47,746 nt of DNA from Bacteroidia bacterium (GTDB taxonomy: Bacteria > Bacteroidota > Bacteroidia > Bacteroidales > VadinHA17), in NCBI GenBank assembly GCA_026391215.1, contig JAPLDX010000091.1:1-47746 (forward strand), in the 5' to 3' direction. The notes below the pieces were generated by a model. It saw only the letters and a program-made list of their open reading frames with translations. It was not told the DNA's origin and made no database searches. Shown here in pieces: positions 19,107 through 26,770 of this stretch. Within the stretch, counting starts at the first letter, position 1. Each line of letters opens with the position of its first letter. The translations under genes were made by a program, and so were the position numbers.

Positions 19107-21491
19107 TCATTCATATCTTAATGCTTCAACCGGGTTCCTGCTTGCAGCTCTCCAGCACTGCCAACTGACAGTCAGCAATGCAATTCCGAGTGCAAGTGCT
19201 CCGGCAAGCGCAAAAATCCACCAGCTAAGCGTGGTTTTGAAGGCGAAACTGCGCAGATACATTTTCATTAAAAAATAAGACAGCGGAACAGCTATAATAA
19301 ATGCCATTATTATCCACCTTACAATATTCCAGTAAAGCAATCTTATAATTTCAGTAATTGTTGCTCCATGCACTTTTCGCACACCGATTTCCTTTGTTTT
19401 CTGCCGTGACACAAAATGAATAATTCCAAACGTCCCCAGACAGGAAAGGATTATCGAAAAAATTGCAAACAGACGAATGACATATGCTGAATGCATTTCG
19501 GATTTATAAAGCGAATCGAGCCATTCATCGTAGAACTGATAATCAAAGACAAACTCAGGGCATACTTCGTTCCATATTTTCTTGATATTGTTTAATACAC
19601 CGGGGTAATCTCCAGGGAGTATTCTGCAGGTTAGAAAACTTACTCCAAAATCATCGGAACATTCAAATATTGTCGGTGCAACCGGCTGGTTCAGTTTTTC
19701 AACGTTAATATCCTTTATCACACCGACAACATCAAGCGAGTTTTTTGCTATTTCTGAAGGATTTGCACCTCCGAAAGCCTGTTCGGGTGTCGGGATACCT
19801 CTCACCACTTTACCTTCAATTGATTTCCATCCGGTAAGCCTGAATGCCGATTCATTCAATATCACCGATTTCTTCCAGTCCCGTTCTTCAAATCCCCTTC
19901 CCTGAAGGAATTCAGCATCATAGACTTTAAAAAAGTCGGGATCAACAGTAAAACTTGGAACGTTGCCGTTATATCCATATTTTCTGATTGTGTCCCCCCA
20001 CAAGCCCCACAAAGCAATGCGTCCGGGAACACCATGTGAAACGGTACACGATTTTATATAAGGATTGTTAAATAATTCCTTTTTTATTACCGGAAGTTTA
20101 TCTTTTATTTCCCAGGGAACTTTAATAATGACAAGCTGTTCTTTTGAAAATCCCAGGTCTTTATTCGCTAAAAGATTATTCTGACGGGTCATAATAACCA
20201 GTGACACAATCATTACGATCGAAATCAAATACTGTACTACGGAAAGTCCGCTTTTCATTTGCAGTTTACCTGTTACAGCAGAATTACCGAATATTGAAGC
20301 CGGTTTAAACCTGGAAACAATGATTGCAGGATAAAATCCGGCCAGCACTCCTACTATTATAACTCCCACTATAACTAATAAGATATTCGGAAAATGAAGC
20401 GCTGCAAAAACAGGGAAATCCTTTTGAATTAATGAAGTAAAAGGTTTTTCCAGAAGGAAGGATAAGTATATTCCAAATATAAAGGCAATAAAACTTACAA
20501 CAACAGCTTCGAAAATAAATTGCCAGAATATATCCTGCCTTCCTGCACCGTTCACCTTTTTTATACCTATCTCTTTAATGCGGGTAAGATGGTTGGAAGT
20601 AAACAGGATCACAAAGTTCAGAATCGAAATAACCAGAATTAATATTGTTACAACACTAAATAGCAGAATAGATTGAAGGTCGGCATGAAGTGTTTTGCTC
20701 GTGCCGCCCATAGTTAACGGACTCAGGTATGATTTCTTAAAAGGCAGTAATCTAAAAGATTGTTTCATATAATGATCCTGCGAATAATCCCGCGTAATCT
20801 TTTCCTCAAGCTTTACAGGATCGCTTTTATCGTTTAACAGGAAGAAAAATCGGGAATAGAAAATACCGCTTCTCCATTCTCCACCGAAATCATTTACATT
20901 TTCCCATGTGATGACTGCCTGTGGCTGAATACTTGATTTTTCAGGCAGGTCGTCGAATACGGCGCTGATTGTGAAGTTCTTGCTGTGCTGGAGGTTTATT
21001 GTTTTTCCCATGGGATCGGAATCTCCGAAAATAGTTCTGGCCAGAGAAGTGCTGATAGCAAGACTTTTATTGTCAGGCAATGGATCTTCTGTAGTTCCGC
21101 TGCGGATGTTCACAGAAAACATTTTAAAAAAATCGTTATCTGTCTTAACAACGCTGGTAACTGCAAAGGGAACCTTATCAAGGACAATTTCCATGGATTC
21201 GTTGTCATACCGGCATATTTTTTCTATTTCAGGATATTTGTCCCTTAATTCCCTGACAAGATCACCTCTGAATGTTGTGATTCCGCTTTCGACGCATAAA
21301 CGATAAATCCGGTTGATTTCAGGAAATGATTTATCATAACCTGTTTCATTAAAAACGTAGGAAGCCAGAAGCAAAGCAATAGCCAGGCTAAATGCAAATC
21401 CCGTAATTATTACAAATCCGAATACCGGATTTCTTAAAAGATTTTTGATGGTGATTTTTAAATAATAATTCATGGCATTTAATTCATTCAT
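19107..21491 (-). CDS. ABC transporter permease, MacB/FtsX family
   Basis: 794 aa. ETGYDKSF, RIKEIGIKKVNGA, KTKEIGVRKVHGA, SWQCWRAASRNPVEALRYE. The start overlaps the upstream stop (ATGAATGA); an alternative start lies 6 codons later. Confidence 0.93.
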   Translation of the reverse strand: MNELNAMNYYLKITIKNLLRNPVFGFVIITGFAFSLAIALLLASYVFNETGYDKSFPEINRIYRLCVESGITTFRGDLVRELRDKYPEIEKICRYDNESMEIVLDKVPFAVTSVVKTDNDFFKMFSVNIRSGTTEDPLPDNKSLAISTSLARTIFGDSDPMGKTINLQHSKNFTISAVFDDLPEKSSIQPQAVITWENVNDFGGEWRSGIFYSRFFFLLNDKSDPVKLEEKITRDYSQDHYMKQSFRLLPFKKSYLSPLTMGGTSKTLHADLQSILLFSVVTILILVISILNFVILFTSNHLTRIKEIGIKKVNGAGRQDIFWQFIFEAVVVSFIAFIFGIYLSFLLEKPFTSLIQKDFPVFAALHFPNILLVIVGVIIVGVLAGFYPAIIVSRFKPASIFGNSAVTGKLQMKSGLSVVQYLISIVMIVSLVIMTRQNNLLANKDLGFSKEQLVIIKVPWEIKDKLPVIKKELFNNPYIKSCTVSHGVPGRIALWGLWGDTIRKYGYNGNVPSFTVDPDFFKVYDAEFLQGRGFEERDWKKSVILNESAFRLTGWKSIEGKVVRGIPTPEQAFGGANPSEIAKNSLDVVGVIKDINVEKLNQPVAPTIFECSDDFGVSFLTCRILPGDYPGVLNNIKKIWNEVCPEFVFDYQFYDEWLDSLYKSEMHSAYVIRLFAIFSIILSCLGTFGIIHFVSRQKTKEIGVRKVHGATITEIIRLLYWNIVRWIIMAFIIAVPLSYFLMKMYLRSFAFKTTLSWWIFALAGALALGIALLTVSWQCWRAASRNPVEALRYE

Positions 21492-23796
21492 ACCTTAGTG
21501 CCTCAACCGGGTTATTCGTTGCTGCCCTCCAGCTTTGCAGGCTTACTGTCAGTAAGGTGATTCCCAGAATAATTAATCCTGCCTCAGCAAAGATCCACCA
21601 GCTTAAATTTGTCTTGTATGCAAAACTCTCCAGCCATTTATTCATAGTATACCCGGCAACCGGTATGGCTATTATAAATGCTATTACAATCCACTTAAAA
21701 AAATCCTTATTCAGCAGAATCATTACTTCAGAAACTCTGGCACCATTGACTTTTCGTATACCTATTTCTTTGATCCTTTTTCTGATAGAGAACTCTGCAA
21801 GTCCGATTATCCCCAGACATGAGATCATTATTGCCAGGATTGCAAATAAACGGATTGCCGCAGCAAGCTTCTCTTCACTCTTGTACATCGAGTCGAGCCA
21901 TTCATCATAAAACTGATAACTTAATTCATGACCGGGACAAACCTCTCTCCATGTTTTGGTCAGCAAGTCGATTGTTCCGGGAATATTTTCCGGAGTTACC
22001 CTTAAGGTAAGATGTGATATCCCCCATTCGGATGATATTATAATAGCCATAGGATTTATCGGAGTGTACAGGTCGGCAAAATGAAAATCCTTTACGACAC
22101 CAATTATTTCAAAGCCGTGATATTTTTCTCCTTCATAAGTGTCCCAGCCGGCTGTTTTAAATGCCGTTTCGTTGATATAACACACTTTATTAAGATCAGA
22201 CGGCAATAATTCACGTCCGCTGATCAAAGGAATCCTGAATACTTTTAAAAACGCAGTATCTGTAGTCAGTTCGTACATTGTATTCTCCGGTTTGCCTGGC
22301 ATAGCCCATGATGAATATGTATAAATACTTCCGGGTGAACCGTGTGAAAAACATACATTTTTAACTAAGGGATCAGATAACAGTTTATCTCTGATAATTC
22401 CTGCTTTTTCTGACAACCGCCAGTGGACATCCACCCTCAATAATTGATCAGTATCGAATCCATAATTCTTCGTTCTCACATAATCAATCTGTTTTGATAA
22501 TACAATCAGGGCAATTATAAGAGTAACTGAAACTGCATTCTGGAATATGTTTAGTAATGCCCTCAGACTGAATGATCTGTGCCTGGCGGCTTTCTGTTTC
22601 ATCAGGATCGTAAGAGGTCTTAGCCGGGAAATTGACAATGCAGGATAAACACCTGACAGAAATGATACTACCAGTACTCCAATAAGAAGCCAAATCAGCC
22701 AAAAAGGCCTGAACAGGATATTCAGGTCAATCTTATTTCCAAGAAATTTCTCAAAAAACGGAACCAAGAATGAAGAAAGCAATAACGCACATAACAGGGA
22801 GATAAAACAAACAAAAAACGCTTCGAGGATAAACTGCATAAATATCTGCTGTCTGCCGGCTCCTACTGTTTTTTTGATTCCGATCTCCCGGAACCGGTCT
22901 GAATGGTTTGCAGTTGTAAGATTAATATAGTTGAATACCGCCAGGAGGATGATGATTAAGCTGATCAAAGAAAACAGCTTTATCAGCTTCAGGTTTGCAT
23001 GAAAGGTTTGACTTTTGTCTATTCCCTGGGTAAAATAAGACGAAGCAAAAGGGATAAGGTTAATTTTCTCTATTTTATACCCGGCTTTAAACTGTATTGA
23101 TTTAATATCAGTATTCATTAATTCTTCCAGACCGGAAATATTCCCTGCACTTCTTACAAGAATGAATAACCTGAAATAATTCACTTCGTTTCCCATTCCA
23201 TCGCTCCATCCTTCATATTTGATTTTGATTTTTGAATTTGTAAAAAAATCGCCTCTTATGCTTGAATAAGAATTGAAGTCTTTTACAACTCCGCTGACAG
23301 TCAGAGGAGTTTGATATTCTGCAATAAATGTTTTACCCACCGGATCTGCATCACCAAAAATTTTGCGTGCAAAGCTTTCAGTAAGAACAATATCATTCAG
23401 ATTGATTAAGGAAGTGCCAATACTGCCAATTAAAAACTGCGTAGAGAAAATATTAAAAAAAGACGTGTCAGTCACAATCATTTGCCCGGTGAAGGGTTTG
23501 TTATCAAAGGTTAAGGTTGTACCATAGTTATTGTAGCGGCAGGCGTCTTCAATTGCAGGATATTCTTCCAGAAAGAATTCACGGAAATCTTCCCTCACAG
23601 ACGCTCTGTTATCATTGGCAAACACCCTGTAAACACGGTTTATATTCGGATAATCCTTATCATAGCTGAATTCCCCGATAATAAAAGCAATGATTACTAA
23701 TGCCATTGAAATACTGATGGAAAAACCGGTAATAGTAATTATAGAGGTGACCTTGTTCTTAAAGAGGCTCCGGATTATGATCCTTATTCTTGTCAT
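21484..23796 (-). CDS. ABC transporter permease, MacB/FtsX family; first gene of the array
   Basis: 770 aa. EFSYDKDY, RFREIGIKKTVGA, RIKEIGIRKVNGA, SLQSWRAATNNPVEALRYE. Confidence 0.93.
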   Translation of the reverse strand: MTRIRIIIRSLFKNKVTSIITITGFSISISMALVIIAFIIGEFSYDKDYPNINRVYRVFANDNRASVREDFREFFLEEYPAIEDACRYNNYGTTLTFDNKPFTGQMIVTDTSFFNIFSTQFLIGSIGTSLINLNDIVLTESFARKIFGDADPVGKTFIAEYQTPLTVSGVVKDFNSYSSIRGDFFTNSKIKIKYEGWSDGMGNEVNYFRLFILVRSAGNISGLEELMNTDIKSIQFKAGYKIEKINLIPFASSYFTQGIDKSQTFHANLKLIKLFSLISLIIILLAVFNYINLTTANHSDRFREIGIKKTVGAGRQQIFMQFILEAFFVCFISLLCALLLSSFLVPFFEKFLGNKIDLNILFRPFWLIWLLIGVLVVSFLSGVYPALSISRLRPLTILMKQKAARHRSFSLRALLNIFQNAVSVTLIIALIVLSKQIDYVRTKNYGFDTDQLLRVDVHWRLSEKAGIIRDKLLSDPLVKNVCFSHGSPGSIYTYSSWAMPGKPENTMYELTTDTAFLKVFRIPLISGRELLPSDLNKVCYINETAFKTAGWDTYEGEKYHGFEIIGVVKDFHFADLYTPINPMAIIISSEWGISHLTLRVTPENIPGTIDLLTKTWREVCPGHELSYQFYDEWLDSMYKSEEKLAAAIRLFAILAIMISCLGIIGLAEFSIRKRIKEIGIRKVNGARVSEVMILLNKDFFKWIVIAFIIAIPVAGYTMNKWLESFAYKTNLSWWIFAEAGLIILGITLLTVSLQSWRAATNNPVEALRYE

Positions 23797-23829
23797 TTTT
23801 CCTTTTTCTGTATTATTCTTGTTATCAAA

Positions 23830-23845
23830 AGCTAAAATGATGCCA
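23830..23845 (-). promoter_or_regulatory. Sigma54 (-24/-12) promoter for the permease array
   Basis: Minus strand reads TGGCATCATTTTAGCT, i.e. GG-N10-GC (consensus TGGCACG-N4-TTGC). It lies 33 nt before the first permease ATG, adjacent to a sigma54 activator gene. Confidence 0.8.
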
Positions 23846-23897
23846 TGCTTGTTTGTCGCTGATATATAATCTATTAGATATTTAGTATTATAGAATG

Positions 23898-23937
23898 CGT
23901 AAATATTTTTTACGTTTTTGCGTAAAATATTTTTACG
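23898..23937. promoter_or_regulatory. Tandem palindromic upstream activator sites (CGTAAA-N5-TTTACG x2)
   Basis: cgtaaatattttttacg (23898-23914) and cgtaaaatatttttacg (23921-23937), 23 bp apart, between the sigma54 promoter and the divergent regulator. Confidence 0.75.
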
Positions 23938-23994
23938 TTTCCTTGACTTTCCTTTTCCTAATGTTTACCTTAACCGAATAATTTATAAGCTCAC

Positions 23995-25374
23995 ATGCCT
24001 GTTCAGAAAGGAACCATTCTTGTTGTTGATGATAATAAAAGCATTCTCAGCACACTGGAGATCCTGCTTACGCCTGAATTCGGGGAAGTCACACCCATTT
24101 ACAATCCGAACCAGATCCTGCCCGAACTGAAGAAGAAAGATTATAATCTTGTTATTCTTGATATGAATTTTGTGGCTGGTGTAAATACCGGTAATGAAGG
24201 TATTTACTGGCTGGGGAAAATCAGGGAGACATATCCTGAGATTTCGGTCGTGATGATCACGGCTTATGGTGATATAGATACTGCTGTCAGAGCTTTGAAA
24301 GCAGGAGCTTCTGATTTTGTCCTCAAGCCCTGGGATAATGAGAAACTCCTGGCAACTCTTAAGCTGGCAATCCAGCTCAACTTATCGAAAAAAGAGGTAA
24401 GTCAGCTTAAGGAAAGGGAGTCAGAGCTTAAGAAAGAGATCAACCGTGAACAGCGGGATATTATCGGATCATCATCGCAGATCATCAATGTTATAAATCT
24501 TGCAAGGAAGGTGGCAAAGACTGACGCTAATGTTCTGATCACCGGTGAGAACGGTACAGGCAAAGAGCTTATAGCTTTTGAAATCCACAGGTTATCGGGC
24601 AGGGCAAAAGAATTGCTGGTTAGTGTGGATATGGGTTCATTGACCGAAACTCTTTTTGAAAGTGAGCTATTCGGTCATGTAAAAGGTGCATTTACCGATG
24701 CCCATGAAAACAGGCAGGGCAAGTTCGAGATCGCCCACAAGGGCACTCTTTTCCTTGATGAGATAGGAAACCTTTCATTCCATCTTCAGGCTAAGCTGCT
24801 GGCAGCCATCGAGAACAGGCAGATCACACGGATAGGTTCAAACCAGCTCATCCCTACAGATATAAGACTTATTTGTGCCACAAACAAGAACCTTGAAAAC
24901 ATGGTAAAAGAGGGATTATTCAGGGAAGATCTTTTCTACCGCATAAACACAATCCAGATTGAACTGCCTCCTTTGAGGGAAAGGGGGACTGACATAATAA
25001 CTCTTGCTGAATTCTTTCTCAGAAGATTTACACAGAAATACAGCAAACCGGAGCTTAAAATAAATCAGCAGGCTCTTGATAAGCTAATGAGCTACTCCTG
25101 GCCCGGTAATATAAGGGAATTACAGAACACTATAGAAAAAGCTGTTATTCTCAGCGAAACAAGTGTTATAAAACCTGATGACCTTTATCTGAGGCCTGCC
25201 ACAGAGATAAAAAGCTTCGATTTCATTGCCACTCTTGAAGAAATGGAAGAAAAGATGATGCAGCTTGCCCTGGAGAAAAATAATGGCAACTTCACAGCCG
25301 CAGCAGAACAGCTCGGGATAACAAGACAAACCTTATATAACAGACTTAAGAAAAACAAGCAAGATGATAAGTAA
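23995..25374 (+). CDS. Sigma54-dependent response regulator (NtrC/AtoC family; REC-AAA+-Fis HTH)
   Basis: ILVVDD/LDMN receiver, Walker A GENGTGKE, ESELFGH-GAFTDA, LFLDEI, FREDLFYRIN, WPGNIREL, AAEQLGITRQTLY. Confidence 0.96.
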   Translation: MPVQKGTILVVDDNKSILSTLEILLTPEFGEVTPIYNPNQILPELKKKDYNLVILDMNFVAGVNTGNEGIYWLGKIRETYPEISVVMITAYGDIDTAVRALKAGASDFVLKPWDNEKLLATLKLAIQLNLSKKEVSQLKERESELKKEINREQRDIIGSSSQIINVINLARKVAKTDANVLITGENGTGKELIAFEIHRLSGRAKELLVSVDMGSLTETLFESELFGHVKGAFTDAHENRQGKFEIAHKGTLFLDEIGNLSFHLQAKLLAAIENRQITRIGSNQLIPTDIRLICATNKNLENMVKEGLFREDLFYRINTIQIELPPLRERGTDIITLAEFFLRRFTQKYSKPELKINQQALDKLMSYSWPGNIRELQNTIEKAVILSETSVIKPDDLYLRPATEIKSFDFIATLEEMEEKMMQLALEKNNGNFTAAAEQLGITRQTLYNRLKKNKQDDK

Positions 25375-26722
25375 ACGGCTCTATATTAATATTATAATAA
25401 GTGTATCGCTTATTGCTTCACTTTCTATTCTGCTGGGATACCTGATCTTTTCGGAACAATCCGCACGCTTTTCAATTATCTGTTCCATTACGATCATAAT
25501 ACTGACAATCAGCCTGATATCCTATCTGAACAGGACAAACAGGAACATAAGATTCTTTTTTGATTCCGTTAAAAATGATGATTCAAACCTTTCCTTTCCC
25601 GTCGATAACAAAAAGGGAAATCTCAGGGAACTGCACCAGAGCATGAATAATGTCAACCTGCAGATACAAAGTCTGAAAATAGAGAACAGGCAGCAGGAAC
25701 AATATTTTCAGAAAATACTTGAATTACTGGCTACAGGGATAATTACATTCAATAACAAAGGATTCATCCATCATGCAAATTCAGCAGCAAAAAGACTCCT
25801 GACAACTGAAGTACTTACACATTTGCAACAGATGGAACGAATTGACAAGGAGCTGTTCTGGACAATAAAGAACCTTAAGCCTTATGAAAGACATCTGGTA
25901 GCTGTTAATACAAAACAGGGAGAAATACAATTGCTGCTGAAATCATCATCATTTGGATCAGATGAAAATGAGCTTACAATATTATCTATCCAGGACATTA
26001 AGCATGAACTGGATGAGAAGGAGGTTGATTCGTGGATGAGGCTGATCAGGGTTCTGATGCATGAAATAATGAATTCAATCACACCAATAACATCATTGTC
26101 AGAATCTCTTTCAAATATCTACCAGTCAGAAAAAAAACCTGTTATGCCACAGGATATAACGGAAAAAACCATTGCAACCACTTTGCAGGGGCTTAATGTA
26201 ATAAAAGAACAGGGTAAAGGTCTTATGGAGTTTGTTGAATCATACCGTAAGCTAACATGTATACCGAAACCCGAGATGAAGCTGTTTAGAGTTTCGGAAC
26301 TTTTTTCGAGAGTAAAGATCCTTGCCGGTTCTCTTGAGAAAGGTGAAAATAAGAATATCTCTTTCATATATGATGATCCCGGTCTTGAGATCTTTGCTGA
26401 TGAGAACCTTGTATCTCTGGTACTGATCAACCTGATAAAAAATGCAATGGAAGCCAACGAAAATAATCCTGATTGCAAGATAGAGATTACCGCAGGAAGA
26501 GATTTAAATGACCATAAGGAGATATGTGTCTCTGATAACGGTCCGGGGGTCAGTAAAGAGAATCTTGAAGAGATCTTTATTCCTTTCTTTACAACAAGAG
26601 AAAAAGGATCAGGAATCGGGTTAAGTGTCTCAAAGCAGATAATGGGAGCCCATGGAGGAACTCTGAAGGTGCGGTCAATTCCTGACAAGGAAACGGTATT
26701 CTGCATGAGTTTTCAAAATTGA
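25364..26722 (+). CDS. Sensor histidine kinase (two N-terminal TMs, PAS-like region, HATPase_c)
   Basis: H-box RVLMHEIMNSITPI, N-box NLIKNA, DNGPG, FIPFFTT, GSGIGL. Overlaps the end of the regulator gene. Confidence 0.95.
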   Translation: MISKRLYINIIISVSLIASLSILLGYLIFSEQSARFSIICSITIIILTISLISYLNRTNRNIRFFFDSVKNDDSNLSFPVDNKKGNLRELHQSMNNVNLQIQSLKIENRQQEQYFQKILELLATGIITFNNKGFIHHANSAAKRLLTTEVLTHLQQMERIDKELFWTIKNLKPYERHLVAVNTKQGEIQLLLKSSSFGSDENELTILSIQDIKHELDEKEVDSWMRLIRVLMHEIMNSITPITSLSESLSNIYQSEKKPVMPQDITEKTIATTLQGLNVIKEQGKGLMEFVESYRKLTCIPKPEMKLFRVSELFSRVKILAGSLEKGENKNISFIYDDPGLEIFADENLVSLVLINLIKNAMEANENNPDCKIEITAGRDLNDHKEICVSDNGPGVSKENLEEIFIPFFTTREKGSGIGLSVSKQIMGAHGGTLKVRSIPDKETVFCMSFQN

Positions 26723-26745
26723 AATGATTTCAGGCAAATAGATGT

Positions 26746-26753
26746 TAAATTTG
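26746..26753 (+). promoter_or_regulatory. Bacteroidota -7 promoter box for mfd
   Basis: TAAATTTG matches TAnnTTTG, 17 nt before the ATG. Confidence 0.55.
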
Positions 26754-26770
26754 CCGCCAAATTCCGTCAC

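Larger units (their letters stand above)
18640..19161 (-). mobile_element. Putative DUF559 endonuclease cassette 2 (intact), 522-bp repeat unit
   Basis: 55-bp direct repeats (18585-18639 and 19107-19161) and inverted hairpin repeats (18647-18675 and 19070-19098) surround an intact nuclease ORF. Mobility is inferred. Confidence 0.72.

Noticed and set aside
15823-19161. Tail duplicates as template/variable repeats of a diversity-generating retroelement
   Set aside because: The differences are not adenine-specific and are almost all silent, and there is no reverse transcriptase in the window.
15878-19161. Cassettes as ordinary insertion sequences with target-site duplications
   Set aside because: No DDE or HUH transposase ORF is present, and 55-bp silently recoded repeats are unlike the short exact duplications of IS elements.
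719-23796. Classical integron or shufflon
   Set aside because: There is no tyrosine or serine recombinase gene and no attC-like structure. All repeats are direct and inside coding tails, so inversion is not expected.
23896-23940. Direct repeat as a mini CRISPR or iteron
   Set aside because: Only two adjacent palindromic units with no spacers and no cas or rep genes. The position fits activator binding sites.
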